Of a stretch of 64,000 nucleotides of DNA, positions 51,865 through 63,604 are shown piece after piece. The stretch's first letter is position 1, and every line of letters starts with the position of its first letter. The position numbers and the translations under genes are program-made. The notes below the pieces were generated by a model. That model ran no database searches. It was not told the origin of the DNA and was given only the letters and a program-made list of their open reading frames with translations. The DNA is from Entomortierella parvispora E1425 (Eukaryota; Fungi; Mortierellomycota), in contig BQFW01000002.1 of the NCBI GenBank assembly GCA_020891255.1, positions 1,426,001-1,490,000 on the forward strand, given 5' to 3'.

Positions 51865-52736
51865 ATGGCAGACAATATCCACAAGAAGGCCCTTTCGGGA
51901 AAACTATTGACCATGAAGGTAATGACGGTGTCATTTGGACTACGGACGCGCAAAGCGATGTTCGAGTCGTGAAGCTTTATACCCGTGCTGTTCTCCTCTT
52001 GCCTGTCCCACAACAAGCATTGTTGGTCCTTAGTAAAGGGAGCTGCTTACTTACCTTCTTTATTGTACATATATATCTAGTTTATGCAACGGCAACAAGA
52101 ACAGGAGACGAGAAAGAAATTGGAACAGGAGCAAGTCAGGGTCGTCACAGAGGCACATTGGGTTCTGGATCGCAAGGGTGAAGAAGCTCCCAAACCGTAA
52201 GATTAAGAACCTACAGGAGTCATGGAAGACAAATGAGTCCAGATCTGATGGAGGACACGTTGCCTATCAGACAAGTTACTGAACAAACATACCAACTCTT
52301 GTTTCTTTAAAACAGAAAATTCCAAGTCGAGATCGAGCCCAGTTTCTTGCAGATGGATTCAGTAGAACGGTCAAGTGTGGGCAGAGTCTCTTTCCAAAAG
52401 TTCAATGAAAATGTTGAGGTAAGAGAAAAATGAGACGACTGGCTCACTGTGCAGCACTTCCTTGTCCGATGTAGCACGAAAACTTATGAATCCCTTTTCT
52501 CTCTCCTTCATTAGAAAACTGCCACCAAGGTAGTAGGGCAGCAACAATTGGACCGCGAATTGAAGAGGGAACGTCAGATGGAAGTCGGAGACGAAGAGAT
52601 GGCAAAAGAATTGGCGCTCTCCAACAAGGCCAAAAAAGCAAAGACGAGTCTTAACAGCATCAGTGGAGGAGGCAGTGGCAACTCCGGCGAGAAAAAGAAG
52701 TTTAGCAACCGGAGAGTCGTCAAGTCAAAGAATTAA
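51865..52736 (+). CDS. MPP6: M-phase phosphoprotein 6 (nuclear exosome cofactor); exons 51865-51918, 52081-52196, 52316-52418, 52515-52736
   Basis: MADNIHKKALSGKLLTMK/FMQRQQEQETRKKLEQEQVRVVTEAHWVL...GRVSFQKFNENVE/...EVGDEEMAKEL parallels human MPP6 (LSKNLLRMKFMQR...EEHWYL...GRMSFRGFNPEVE...VSDEEMA). Confidence 0.9.
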
Positions 52737-52826
52737 AATACCATTGATGCATTCTTCTTGTTACTTCCTCTCCCTTGCGATGCAATGGCGCAGGGATATT
52801 TTCCACCTACTAGTTTGATATCCATT

Positions 52827-53939
52827 TTATTGGCCTTGAAAGCCTCTATTAAAGGCTTCAAGTCGCTGGACTTTGAGCTGATTAAATGCCAATTCTCGCT
52901 CTAGTTCTCGCACTTTTTGTTCCAAGACCACGATTTTTTGCTCGTCGTGCTCTGAGACTTCGATGGCCACTGTGCCCGTCAACTTGACCACGCGCCACAA
53001 TCGGAAGATGATCAACAGATTTGTCAGCTCTTGCTCGGCACCTTTCAAGAAGATCTCGAGTAAGAAGGACGTCAGAATAATCAATGCATCCAGCAAATGT
53101 AGGAACCAGTGTTTAGTCCCTGGCAAAAAATAACGTGGTCCGGATGCAAAGAGCTTGAGCAGGATTTCCACCATGAACAGGGAAATAATGGCCAACGATA
53201 AATGACCAAAGAGGGCAATGATCCAAAGCTCCTCTTTGGTCTCGTCCAGATGTAAAAGCGAAGCACCGATCTGAAGCATGACTAGGATAATATCCACGAC
53301 AGTGAGCAACAGGATAACGATGTGGGCTGTTTTGGTCTCCATGGATACACCGATCCGGTGACGGACTCTGGCGAAACAGGACGCTGTTGACTCGTCCCAG
53401 GGCTCCTCATCCTCCGATCTACTCGCATTGTGAAATCTTCCTGGTTCAAAGGGATGAGGTCCGTAAAGTCGAGACTCTTGAGTCGTGTATCCTTGCCCAT
53501 TGATTTCAAGCCTCAGGAGCGCCTCATGGTCGAGCGGAGGGCAGGTCTTGGATCGATGCAAGGGAGCACCGTTCAGATCTTGCGAATCCAACGGCAGTTG
53601 CTGCTGCTCCTCTCCCTGCTGTAGTTGTTGTAGCTGTTGTTGCTGCTGCTGTACTGGAACAAGTGATAAAGGCTGCAGACTTCCTGGGTGTTGTGGTTGT
53701 GGTTGTGGTTGTGGTTGTGGTTGTGGTTGTGGTTGTGGTGGCGCCTGAGAACACTGGCCCCGTTGTGCCCACGTTTGCTCTCGTTCTACCAACATATACT
53801 GCGCGATATCGTTGCTGGTATTGTTGTTCCTGTAATCGACATTATTATCAACATATGGACCTGGCCGCTCTGTCATCTCAGTCATTTCCTGCCCTGTAGG
53901 CTGATTTTGCCGTTGGAGCTCCTGGTACTCTTGATCCAT
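52827..53939 (-). CDS. HVCN1: Voltage-gated proton channel Hv1-like (single exon, Gln/Pro-rich N-terminus, S1-S4, C-terminal coiled coil)
   Basis: S1 LLLTVVDIILV (selectivity Asp), S2 SLFMVEILLKLFA, S3 HLLDALIILTSFLLE, S4 IIFRLWRVVKL, then EQKIVVLEQKVRELERELAFNQLKVQRLE. (PQ)n comes from a GGTTGT hexamer repeat at about 53689-53738. Confidence 0.88.
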   Translation of the reverse strand: MDQEYQELQRQNQPTGQEMTEMTERPGPYVDNNVDYRNNNTSNDIAQYMLVEREQTWAQRGQCSQAPPQPQPQPQPQPQPQPQHPGSLQPLSLVPVQQQQQQLQQLQQGEEQQQLPLDSQDLNGAPLHRSKTCPPLDHEALLRLEINGQGYTTQESRLYGPHPFEPGRFHNASRSEDEEPWDESTASCFARVRHRIGVSMETKTAHIVILLLTVVDIILVMLQIGASLLHLDETKEELWIIALFGHLSLAIISLFMVEILLKLFASGPRYFLPGTKHWFLHLLDALIILTSFLLEIFLKGAEQELTNLLIIFRLWRVVKLTGTVAIEVSEHDEQKIVVLEQKVRELERELAFNQLKVQRLEAFNRGFQGQ

Positions 53940-55496
53940 GGCTCGACTGTTCACTACTGGGTTTATGAGAGAAGAAAAAAAGGCAAAAACAGAAATTTGT
54001 TCCGAAGTTGATCAGTTTGCTGCACTGGTCCGTCATGGAATATACTCCGTACATAACAGGTGAATTTGGCTGGTGAACTGAGAGAACCAAAGCCCCGGTT
54101 CATTATCCTATCGATGACACGGCTGAGTTGGGAGAGAGACTCGATGATGATTTTCGACGATAAGTGAAAAGGCTCCTGATGTGATCGACTTGTGACACAA
54201 GTCCCCAGTTTGACAGTCCATGACATTGACATAGCCCCAGGTTGGAAGACAGTTTGAGTTGGTTCAAGTCTACGGACAGTTGAGTAAAGAAGGTGCCTGA
54301 TGACCGATTTGGTGGAGAATATGGAGTGTCGTGCAACGGTCTCTCAAAGAGCTGGTGTCCAGAACGCCACCAAAATATGTGAATATACCCTTAAAATATC
54401 AGACCCTTAATTGTGACTGCGTTTACTGTGGGAAACAAACAAAGTGAACCATGAAAATCACCCGACAAACTTTTAGCGAGAAACTTTTGCTTGTTCGGAC
54501 AAAAGCGCCCCGATTCTCCTTTGGTCAAACAGAGTGGAAGCCCGGGAGGTGACTTTGAATGAGAGGACCTCCCGAGATCTAATCCCGGTTCGGTCCACTC
54601 AATTAAAAAAAGTCGTCTTAAAAGATAAAAAATAATACGGAGTCTCGAAGCGGCATGAACTGATTAAACCTACAGTTCTTCTGTCGTCAATAGTACTTCC
54701 AAGATCAGCCTACGGGTCCATTCTTCAGGTCAGCCATCGCTCGAATTCCACCCGCGATTAATCTATAACCAAAGTTTGGGATATTCCTCTTTTTTATCCT
54801 CGTCTTTCTCTCTTTCTTTTTTTTTTTTTCGAAAACGTCGACAAAAAGAAAGGTCAAAAGACACTTTTTTCGCTCAATCATCCACTAAGGAAGGTCATCT
54901 TCAGAAACCTTTTGGCCAGAGTGAACCCAGCAGGTTGTGTTTGCAGTAGGTAACTCGTAAACAGGCAATTCGATAGAAGGCTCAATTGCAGCATGCACAC
55001 ATACTCACTCTCTCTCCCTCTCGTCTTGTTGGCCAATATACACCTCTTCACAGCGACTTCAAACAGACGCCTCACCTGATACCTTTTTTCTTTCACTCTT
55101 GCTGTTTACGCGGTAGCAGTGACCCAGCAAAACACCCAATTGCCGTCTGTTTCTCTCTCTCTCCTTCTTCCCTTTCGTCTGCAACAAGTGCACAGCAATA
55201 GAGCAATCGGGCAGAACACTCAATTGCTCCCCGCTGGAAAGTCTCTCCTGTTCTTTTTTTTTTTTGGTGGACAGGACACTGTCTTTTTATTTTCTGAGAA
55301 CTGAATGCGAATTGGCTATACTAAGGTGAATGAAAGGGACATAGGGTATAATGTTTGTATGAACAAAGCAAGTGGCAATGAGAGATATGCAAAGAAAAAA
55401 TACAGAAGGCTGGGAAGGCTGGGAAGGAAAATGGAAAGAGCAAAAATTCACAGAGCGAATTCACACACTCCCCTGTTTTTTTTTTCCTCACTCTCT

Positions 55497-57275
55497 TTAA
55501 GCCGAGGCCATGGCGCGAGCCTCCATCAACTTGCGACCCTTGCGCATGTGGGCCCAGAACAAAAGACCCGCAGACAAGATAGAGATCAATTGCAACAAGG
55601 ATGCAACTCTGAAACCAGAGTCATAGCAAGCTTTGCCCAAGCAGGTCACACTGTCCTCATGGACGGAATCCACGGGCTGAGGGGGCATGGCATTGACGGC
55701 CTTGTCATAGAAGACACCGTAGATCTGGTTGGCAATGATGGGGTTGAATCCGTTCAAAAGCATGACCATACCGCAGGCGGAACCGTAGTACTTGTCACCA
55801 AAAAAGTCGCGAGTCATCGAGGCGAACAAGGCGCCAGTGGCTCCATAAGTGGCTCCAATGAAGCAAGAGGAGATCACCAAAGAGGTCATTGAAACCAATC
55901 CGCTGGTGAAGCCCATGATCAACAAAGGGACCAAGATCAAGATCTCAGAACCAAAGAAGAAGATTGAGCGCGAGATACGGTAGCGGTTGATGACCCAGTC
56001 CGAGATAATACCGGAGCCCAAACGACCCAAGCAGTTACCAATGGAGATCAAAGTAACGTGAAGACCAGTTAAGGACACGGCACGGTTAACAGTGTTGGGG
56101 TCCAGAGGATTCAAAATGGCATGGACGATCGAGTCAATGTTGTTAATGTACGAGAATCCTTGCTGGAACAGCTGGCCAAAGACAAAGAACCAGAAGGTTG
56201 GCTCCGACAACAAGGCGCGAGGCTTCATGTCGATCGAGGTCAAATAAGGGTTGAACCAAGTCTTGGGATTGTTGGCGTTGGCCACTGCTGGGATTGCAGC
56301 AGCAGTGGTGGGTGCAGTCTCCTCCAGGATGTTGTCGCCGGGCAAATGACCGGTCTCCCTCTTTCCGTCCAGATCAAGGGTGGTGCTGGACTGGTTCCAT
56401 CCCTCACGACCCTCCATCATCGAGGATGTGAAAGTGGTGCTACGAGACAATACTGCGCGGTTGTTCTTTTCATCAGTCTCCTCGTTCACAGTCGTGTTGG
56501 AGTTGGAGCCGGAGTCAAGGCTCTTGACAACAGGCTTGTGGATCTTGACCATGAAGACAGCCGCGATCAGGTAAATGGCAGTAGTGATGATGGTCAAAAA
56601 GAGCAGGAAGTTCTGGGTAGCCTTGGTGCCTTTGAGCATCGAATTGGGGTCCGTCTCCTCATTGTCGCCGGAGAAAAGATGGGTCTTGATCTGGGAGAAG
56701 AGAGTAGCGGAGAGACCGAAGAAAGCAAGGAGAATGCCCGACACGGTACCGGAGGTTGAAGAAGGGAAGTTGGCCATGTTGGCAGCCAATGCAGCCAAGT
56801 AACTAGAGCAATAAAATATACATGCAGCCTGTTAGAACAATGTACCATTTGTACCATTGTCAAACCTTGTGCAAACTTCAAACTAGAATATCAATTCTTA
56901 CCCCGCAGTAGAGGCAACGCCAGCAAGGCAGTAGAGGACCATCAGGAACCCAAGACCACCCCAAGCTTTGGCATAGGCAATATACATGCCTCCATAGCCG
57001 AGGAAGGTCAAGATCGAGGCAGTGATCAAAGTCCAACGCTCACCGAAATGGTCGTAGATAGGGCCGACAAGCAGGAAACCGACATACATGGAGGTATCAC
57101 CGATAGCAGAGAGGAGATTGATGTTCGAGGACGTAAAGCCGAAGCGGGCCTTGAGATCGGTACTGATGGAGGCAAAAGAAAAAAGCGAGCCCGAGAGGGC
57201 CATGACCAGAATGCCGATTGCCAGTGAGACATACTTGACTGTCCGCTCAGACAAGATGGATTTGGCAGTGAGCAT
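55497..57275 (-). CDS. MCH1: MFS transporter, MCH1/nodulin-like (NFD4) family; 2 exons
   Basis: ALSGSLFSFASISTDLKARFG, GPIYDHFG, NMANFPSSTSGTVSGILLAFFGLSA, YINNIDSI, ISIGNCLGRLGSG, DFFGDKYYGSACG; about 12 hydrophobic segments. Confidence 0.85.
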
Positions 57276-59767
57276 GGTTGCGGTATCGATAAAGGTACAG
57301 AGAGAGAAAAAGTTGGCGGGAAGTGGACGTCTAAAGGAAAGAGGCTAGGGCCAAGGTTGTTGTTTGTTTGTTTGTTTGGTAAACAGTAACAAAGGATCGA
57401 CGAAAAAAAATAAATGCAAACACGAGGAGGATGTGGAGGGAAAAAATGAGGTGAGCTAGTGTTGCCACGAGGAAGGGGGTGTAGGTGGATGGGTTATATG
57501 CGAAGCAACAAAGGGTGTGGCGAAGGGATGGGGGGTATTAATGAGGGGTATGCTTGAACATGAACTAGTGTGAAAAAGAGAAGAAAGCGGCCAGGAGAAG
57601 CCCTCTCTTTATAGCCGAGAGGAGAGACAAAGGCACTTTGCCCAAAGGCGAGGGCAACAAGAGAAACACCGCACAAATCCGTTGCGAATCGCGTTCACCG
57701 GGCGGGGAGAAAACTGTCGACGAGTAGAAGCGAAGAAGGTTTCTCTGGATTTTTTATTATATGGAAAGGAGTCAACTTACAATACCCGCGATTGAATTGA
57801 GTGGAGATCGGACTCTCGTTTTCCTCGTCCTTTCTTTCGTTCGTCCATCTCTCATCCATCCATCGATCCATTCCTCGCTTGTCTTGCGTGCGCCTCCCTT
57901 CTTCTTTGTACTTCGTGTTCACTATCATATATACGGGCATTTTTTTTCTTGAACGAGATCTGGGGTGAGGGAAAGCATGACCTCAATTGCGAATTGTGCC
58001 GTTTTTCCTTCTTGAAGTGCAACCTGTAGCTTTACACCTGCTCAATCTACCGATCCAGTTCAACCACCTTGCAAGAGACCTGTCGCCACTCCATTGCTCG
58101 TCGCATTGGCCTCTTGCCATCAACTTCCAGGCCCTGAAAATGTTCATCCCCCGCTTCTTCCGATTGACCAGCATGCCATGGTCAGCCCCCACTCCCTGTG
58201 CTATCATTGACTCCGCTACAAAACCGTTCACTTTGGTTAGACCATGACGCTCGTATCGATCACGCAGCGCTGCGCTTGGGACAGGCTGCAGCAGGTTATC
58301 AATTTAGGAATGGAGAAGCGTGTCAGGCCACAATGCTGAACTAACAGAGTGTGAAAAAATCGGAAAAGAACCCTCCTTGTACTGAGACGAGGCCCTAGAC
58401 CCTGTGCAAGTTTGGGTGCCTCCAATCCCACGCCATCCCCCCACCAAACATTATGAAGGCAGTTCACGTTCTGCATCTGAACAAGCAGAGACAATCATAA
58501 AGCCAGGGAGGAGCACAAAGAAGACCAAGAACAAAACGAAAAAAAAGATGCTTTTGGGTCCGACGATTCATGAAGGGATGCAAACTGTGTCGGGTCAGTG
58601 GCCTCTAGAAATTTCGATGTTGAAGAAGCGAGGGGGATAAGGATAGCCCGTACGAGAAGAAGCGCAATGAAAAGCTGAGCCCTGATCGTTTGAACAAAGA
58701 AAAAAAACTTTGTCAAGAATGAATAACGACTGAATTGGGGCCCTTATGTCAAAAAAAAATTCGCCCAAACTTGACTCCTTTCTCATTCAAGGCCCGCCAG
58801 ATTTTTTTTCGTTCCCTCCTTTTCCTTTCATTCCCACCCTGCTTTGGACAATTGTGCCCAGCTGTTCAAACCTTCCCCACTCTCCTCCACCTTCCCCCCG
58901 TCCACTCCTCTCTCCGAAAAGACTGCGTGTTCAGTTGTCTAGATGGAGGCAAAGCTGGAATGAAGCTACTTTTCACTTGGTGGTGGTAATGATGACTGTG
59001 CTACCAGGGATGAGGTGCTTGCAGCACGTCCAACAATCAGGGCCGATCGCAATCCATTTGCCAGGTCCCAGATTTTTTTTCTTGGGATTGTTTACCGAAA
59101 ATGGAAACTCCCACACTTCTCATGTCAATTTTGGTGGCAAATTTTTGCTCAATCATCAAGGGGCTTGCACAAGAGACACCGCAGTGCAACAGAGAGAATC
59201 AGCAACGGATATGAGTATGGTGGGCGCAGGTATGGGATGTAGGTTTAGTATGGATACGGGTGTGCGTATGAGTATGGTGTGGAAAGCACCAAGAGTCCAC
59301 CCACAGATCCAACATCGCCTACCCGAAAATCCAGCATCTATCCCCTTCCAATGCGCCTACGGGCAAACCCCAAGTGTCGCGTTTGTCAAAGTAGACCTGC
59401 TATTACCAGACGACTCGTGTATCCATTGAAGTCTCAATGCCTCCGGCGTTTATCGGATCTCCATGCAGTCAAACATGGGAGCGGAGATGTTTCTCTTTTT
59501 TTTCGAGAATGGAGAGAATGAAGGAAACAGAGCAATGAAGCGAAAGAGCACGCGCTGGGATTCAGTGTTGAAGAGCGAATATAAGATCGGAGGAGACGTT
59601 GTATGAGATGGAGTGGTCAGTAAGAGAACAAATACAACCAAGAAAGAAAGAAAAAAAATCAAAAAATCGTGGACATGATCGGCAGGCCATACACATGCAT
59701 CAATCAAGACAAGACCAACATGGGATATACAGAAACATATGTATTGATGAATTCTAGCTCTATTCGT

Positions 59768-61370
59768 TTATTCCTTTGCCGGTGCTGTAGTCTTGCTCCT
59801 TTGCTCCGCAAGATACTGTCGAATGTATGTTGAACTGATCTTCAAATGGACCTCATCTACAGCAGTCTCGGTAGGTGAGATCACGTCAATCACCTCAATG
59901 GCTAACTGTGACAGGCCACGGCTGTCCCGCTCTTTGTTTACTATAGGCGTAGTTTGGGATTAGGACCAGCCATTAGATGATAGCTCTTCCTTGTGTTTTT
60001 CTAACAAACAAGAAGTCATGTACTGCTATCATGCAGCTTACCTGCTTCACCGCCCTTGAGCGTTTCCTTTGAAACCATTATAGCTTGGATGTTTGTGTCT
60101 GTGGCTGTGGGTCCATAAATATCATGAATTGGAACAACCTAGTAGGATTCAAAGACATGGTCTATGATCAGGACGTATTGCTTCATTCGTACGAATGTGG
60201 GCATGCTCCAATCCAAACCCTTGGCTACCTCAATGACCAGACTTCGTTTGAATGCCCGCAAAAACCGCTTGACTGCATCGACCCTTGTGTTCAACGACTC
60301 CAGCTCCTCTTTGTATTTCTTGGACTGTAACATCGAATCATCTAAGCAGGATCAATTGTATGATTAAGAAATCGTATGACACACAGCACTCAGATTTCTG
60401 ACTAGAATGACCGCCAACTAATTACCTGTGACACCGCAGACAACGCGTTTGCTAGCGATCCATGCTGTCATTGAGAGCAAAATCTTGTGTCCAGCATGAA
60501 GGTGATCAAAAGTTCCTCCAAGGACAACATTTTCGTACTCTCCCTCGTGAATTTTTGAGTGGGCCACTGTCGAGTCCATGTCTTCAACGAGATGGCAATG
60601 GATCTCTCTTTCAGGCGTTAAATCCAATGTATAGACGGGTAGCGCCTTACTCCCGTTTTTTGTTCGCTCCTGATTGATCCCGGCAAGCGCCTTGGTGACT
60701 ATAATACAGACAGGCAATACATACGCGTCAAAGATAGAGATGACATAACCGTGACACATCAATTCCTGCTGGTGGCTGTTTTGCCTAAATTATTTTAGGT
60801 ATGCACCGTCGATCACACCATCGACTCGCAAAATGTCTTCATTTTGACCAAAGTGCAAGAGAATTCGCACGGCCCTCTTCCAAACAGCCGAAGCAACAAA
60901 AGTGGCGGCTCGCATGAAGGACCGCCTTTCAAAAAAAAAAAAAAAAGAGAAAATAAACCTCTCTTACCTGCAGGCAATCCCAAAAGTACATGAAACGGAA
61001 TCTCGTCAGCAACTCCAGTGCCGATTTTATACCCACAGGTATCCTGGAAGACAATGTCCAACTCTGCCAATGGCCTCAGCAGCTCTTGAGCATGTTTCGA
61101 GAAGCTGACGTAGAGGGCAGAGAGAAACCGCTGGACATCGTGGAAGGATGTAGCAGCTTTTTTGTTTAAAGCTCCGTTGCTGTTTGAGTAGTCCGAGCCG
61201 GAGACTTTAGTTGAGCTTGACTCTGAAATGCTGACGACGAGGGTAATTCGATGACAGAGAAGCAACGCACGCTTGAGTGCATGGAAGGTCTCATTCAGGG
61301 GGGCATCAAAGTCTGTAATGCTGGTAAGGAGAAGTCCATGCGAGGACACGGAATGGTCGGTGGTGGTCAT
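59768..61370 (-). CDS. CAB4: Phosphopantetheine adenylyltransferase (CAB4/PPAT-like), multi-exon
   Basis: VVLGGTFDHLHAGHKILL (HxGH), VCGVT/DDSMLQSKKY, IHDIYGPT, IMVSKETLKGGEA/VNKER..RGL, LKISSTYIR. Confidence 0.92.
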
Positions 61371-62017
61371 TGCTGCTCTTCAGGTCGTATTGTTTCGCTG
61401 AATGAGATTCGTTTACTTGGTTGGTATAGCCGCAGTCTTGTATCGGTCGATGTCGGTCGATGGCCTCCTGTTATGGCACAGAGACTAGCGTTCGGTGCAG
61501 GGGAATAGGGAGGGTGAGGGTAAAGGAGGAGGAGTTGACTGGTGGTGCGGGTCGCTTGGAGATGGGGGCTGCATGCAAGGGCAAATGAAGTCTGGCGCAC
61601 GTGACGTGTTCAGTGGGCAGAGCAAGAGCCCAACTTCATGTATTCAACTCTCCCTTCCTCCACTCTTCGTCTCTCCAGAAACAGGGAAAGTCAAGACCAC
61701 AAGACGACCGAAGATGCAAAGGAGGTCGCGGAACAAGTAGGACACATCTCCTTTGAGAAAACGGATGTACATATGTCGTGTTTATTGCATTACAGATGAC
61801 TGAACTCAGTTGTCACTCATAAAAGAGTCGATCAATAATGTTGTCTTTGCCCATGGTTCCAGTGACGGCGACGGCGAGGGCACAGAGAACAATTCCTCCG
61901 CTGGGGACGCCATGGATGATGATGCGATCGTAATTTCCATGTCGTGGTCTGTTCTCTGCCTTGTGGCATCTGACACGTCAATTCGTGCAACATTTTTCGA
62001 AGTGCTCGGCTTCGAGC

Positions 62018-62870
62018 TCAGTCATTCCAGCCGCTAACTGACCTCGATGAACAAGGCCTCTTTGAGCGGCGCTGGTTGGATTTGATGGGCGAGTTATCTC
62101 TCGTCCCTAGAGTTAACCCCATGGAGAATTGTCCTGCCCTGTCGTGGACATTCAACGCGTTTCTAAAGAGGATGGTCGAGCCTGCATCTAGTTCCTCTAA
62201 ATCAACATCAGACTCACTGAAGAGGATGGCTGGGGCGGTATCGAGTTCATGTAAATCAACGTCAGGCTCGCTGACGAGGATGGTTGAAGCACTATCTAGC
62301 TCTTGAAAAGTGACGTCGCCATCAAGTTCACTGGTTGAGGCAGCTTGTTGTTCCTCCAAATTAGCGACGCCATCAGGTTCGCTGAACAAGATGGTTGAAG
62401 CGGCATCTAGCTCCTGTAAATCAGCGTAAGGCTCGTTGAAGAGGATGGTTGAGGCGGCATCTAGCTCTTGTATTGCCTCAATAGGAGGCTCAGATGACGT
62501 GACTATTGCATGAGACGAGTCTACTTGGTTGCGGACGTTTGACGATGACCATGCAGACAGTGATGATGGCAATACGGGCGGTGATGACGAGGAGAAAGGA
62601 GCGTGGGTCTCCCGCTGAATCTCCTTTATCCAAGAGTCAATGGCCCTGAGGCGATCAGAAAGACAAGCTCGCATTGACGAAGAGGCAGGGTCGATGGTAG
62701 GAAGAAAGATGATAAGGACAAGAGGATCAATACCTCGGGCTGACATATATTGATATCCATAGTTTATTTATCGTGGTACCACAGCTGTCAATGAATGTTG
62801 GATGCCCATGCACAAACAGAGAAGGGTCTTTGCGAAGGTCTTGCGGCAACAGGAATGTTTCAAATTCCAT
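62018..62870 (-). CDS. Hypothetical protein with acidic 18-aa tandem repeats; proposed exon 1 62870-62734, intron 62733-62646; 3' end uncertain
   Basis: MEFETFLLPQ...WISIYVSP-R-AIDSWIKEIQRE... joined by a GTATTG...CTGAT...CAG 88-nt intron; the frame is open through the repeats. A further GTCAGT donor near 62040 may extend the gene. Confidence 0.5.
62166..62480 (-). repeat. Coding tandem repeat: about 6 copies of a 54-bp unit (consensus EPDVDLQELDAASTILFS)
   Basis: Plus-strand AAGAGGATGG-like anchors at 62166, 62220, 62274, 62385 and 62439 (spacing 54, 54, 111, 54). Confidence 0.9.
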
Positions 62871-63604
62871 GTCCACAATAGCCACGGACGCTGGAAAGGG
62901 TATCGGCGGCGATGTTGTCCATGCATGCATACGGGTCACTGTGATCGGACAGATCCTTGTGGTAGTCCGTTTCAAAAAGAAAAGAAAGGCACGCAGGTTT
63001 TCATGGACATTGTGGGCATGGCCACAACATCCAGGACCACAGATCTTCCCCTTCTTGAAACCTGCACGCGTCGAAAAAAGCCCGCCTCTGTGGCCCAAAG
63101 ACTTGAAACCCCTCTTCCCTTTTCCTTCTCCGTTTCCAGCGATACGTAGTTGGCGACAGTGGAATGCAAAGACAAGAGAGGAGAAGGATGAAAGGGGAGG
63201 GGAAGAGTACGGCAAGGAAAGGGAGGAGGGAGATACAAGAGAGAGAAATAAGCTGAGAGAAAATCGATGCGAGGTGCAAAGTGGAGGATTGAGGATAATA
63301 AGTACACGAGCTGAACGTTCTTCTATCAGACAGTTGATAGACAGACAGAGACAGACAGAGAGAAACTCGGCAATGCAATGAAATCAAGGAAGGACTCTCA
63401 GTCGCCTATAATCATTTTGAGGAGGAGGACACATGCAAACAGAATTTACTGTAGTGATTCTCCTATGAACAAAGAAGTGCAGGGACGACATGGTGCAAAT
63501 GCAAGGTTCTTGCACGTGGTTGAGTCGGAAAATCACACAAAAGCAAGGAACGCGCACCTTTTCCTCGACTGCATCCATCCATTTCACTACTCTTCATTGC
63601 CATC

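Noticed and set aside
54143-54300. ATGATGA...CTGA C/D-box-like motifs on the plus strand
   Set aside because: No terminal stem and no recognisable rRNA-complementary guide; likely chance.
54532-54601. tRNA-like acceptor stem with GGTTCG
   Set aside because: No D-arm, anticodon arm or T-stem can be formed, and the length is only 69 nt.
57300-59750. Short ORFs (for example 58746-59429, 57987-58247, 59450-59707) and GTATGG-rich repeats in a 2.4-kb intergenic region
   Set aside because: No domain similarity, codon pattern or coherent splice structure; treated as promoter/UTR sequence.
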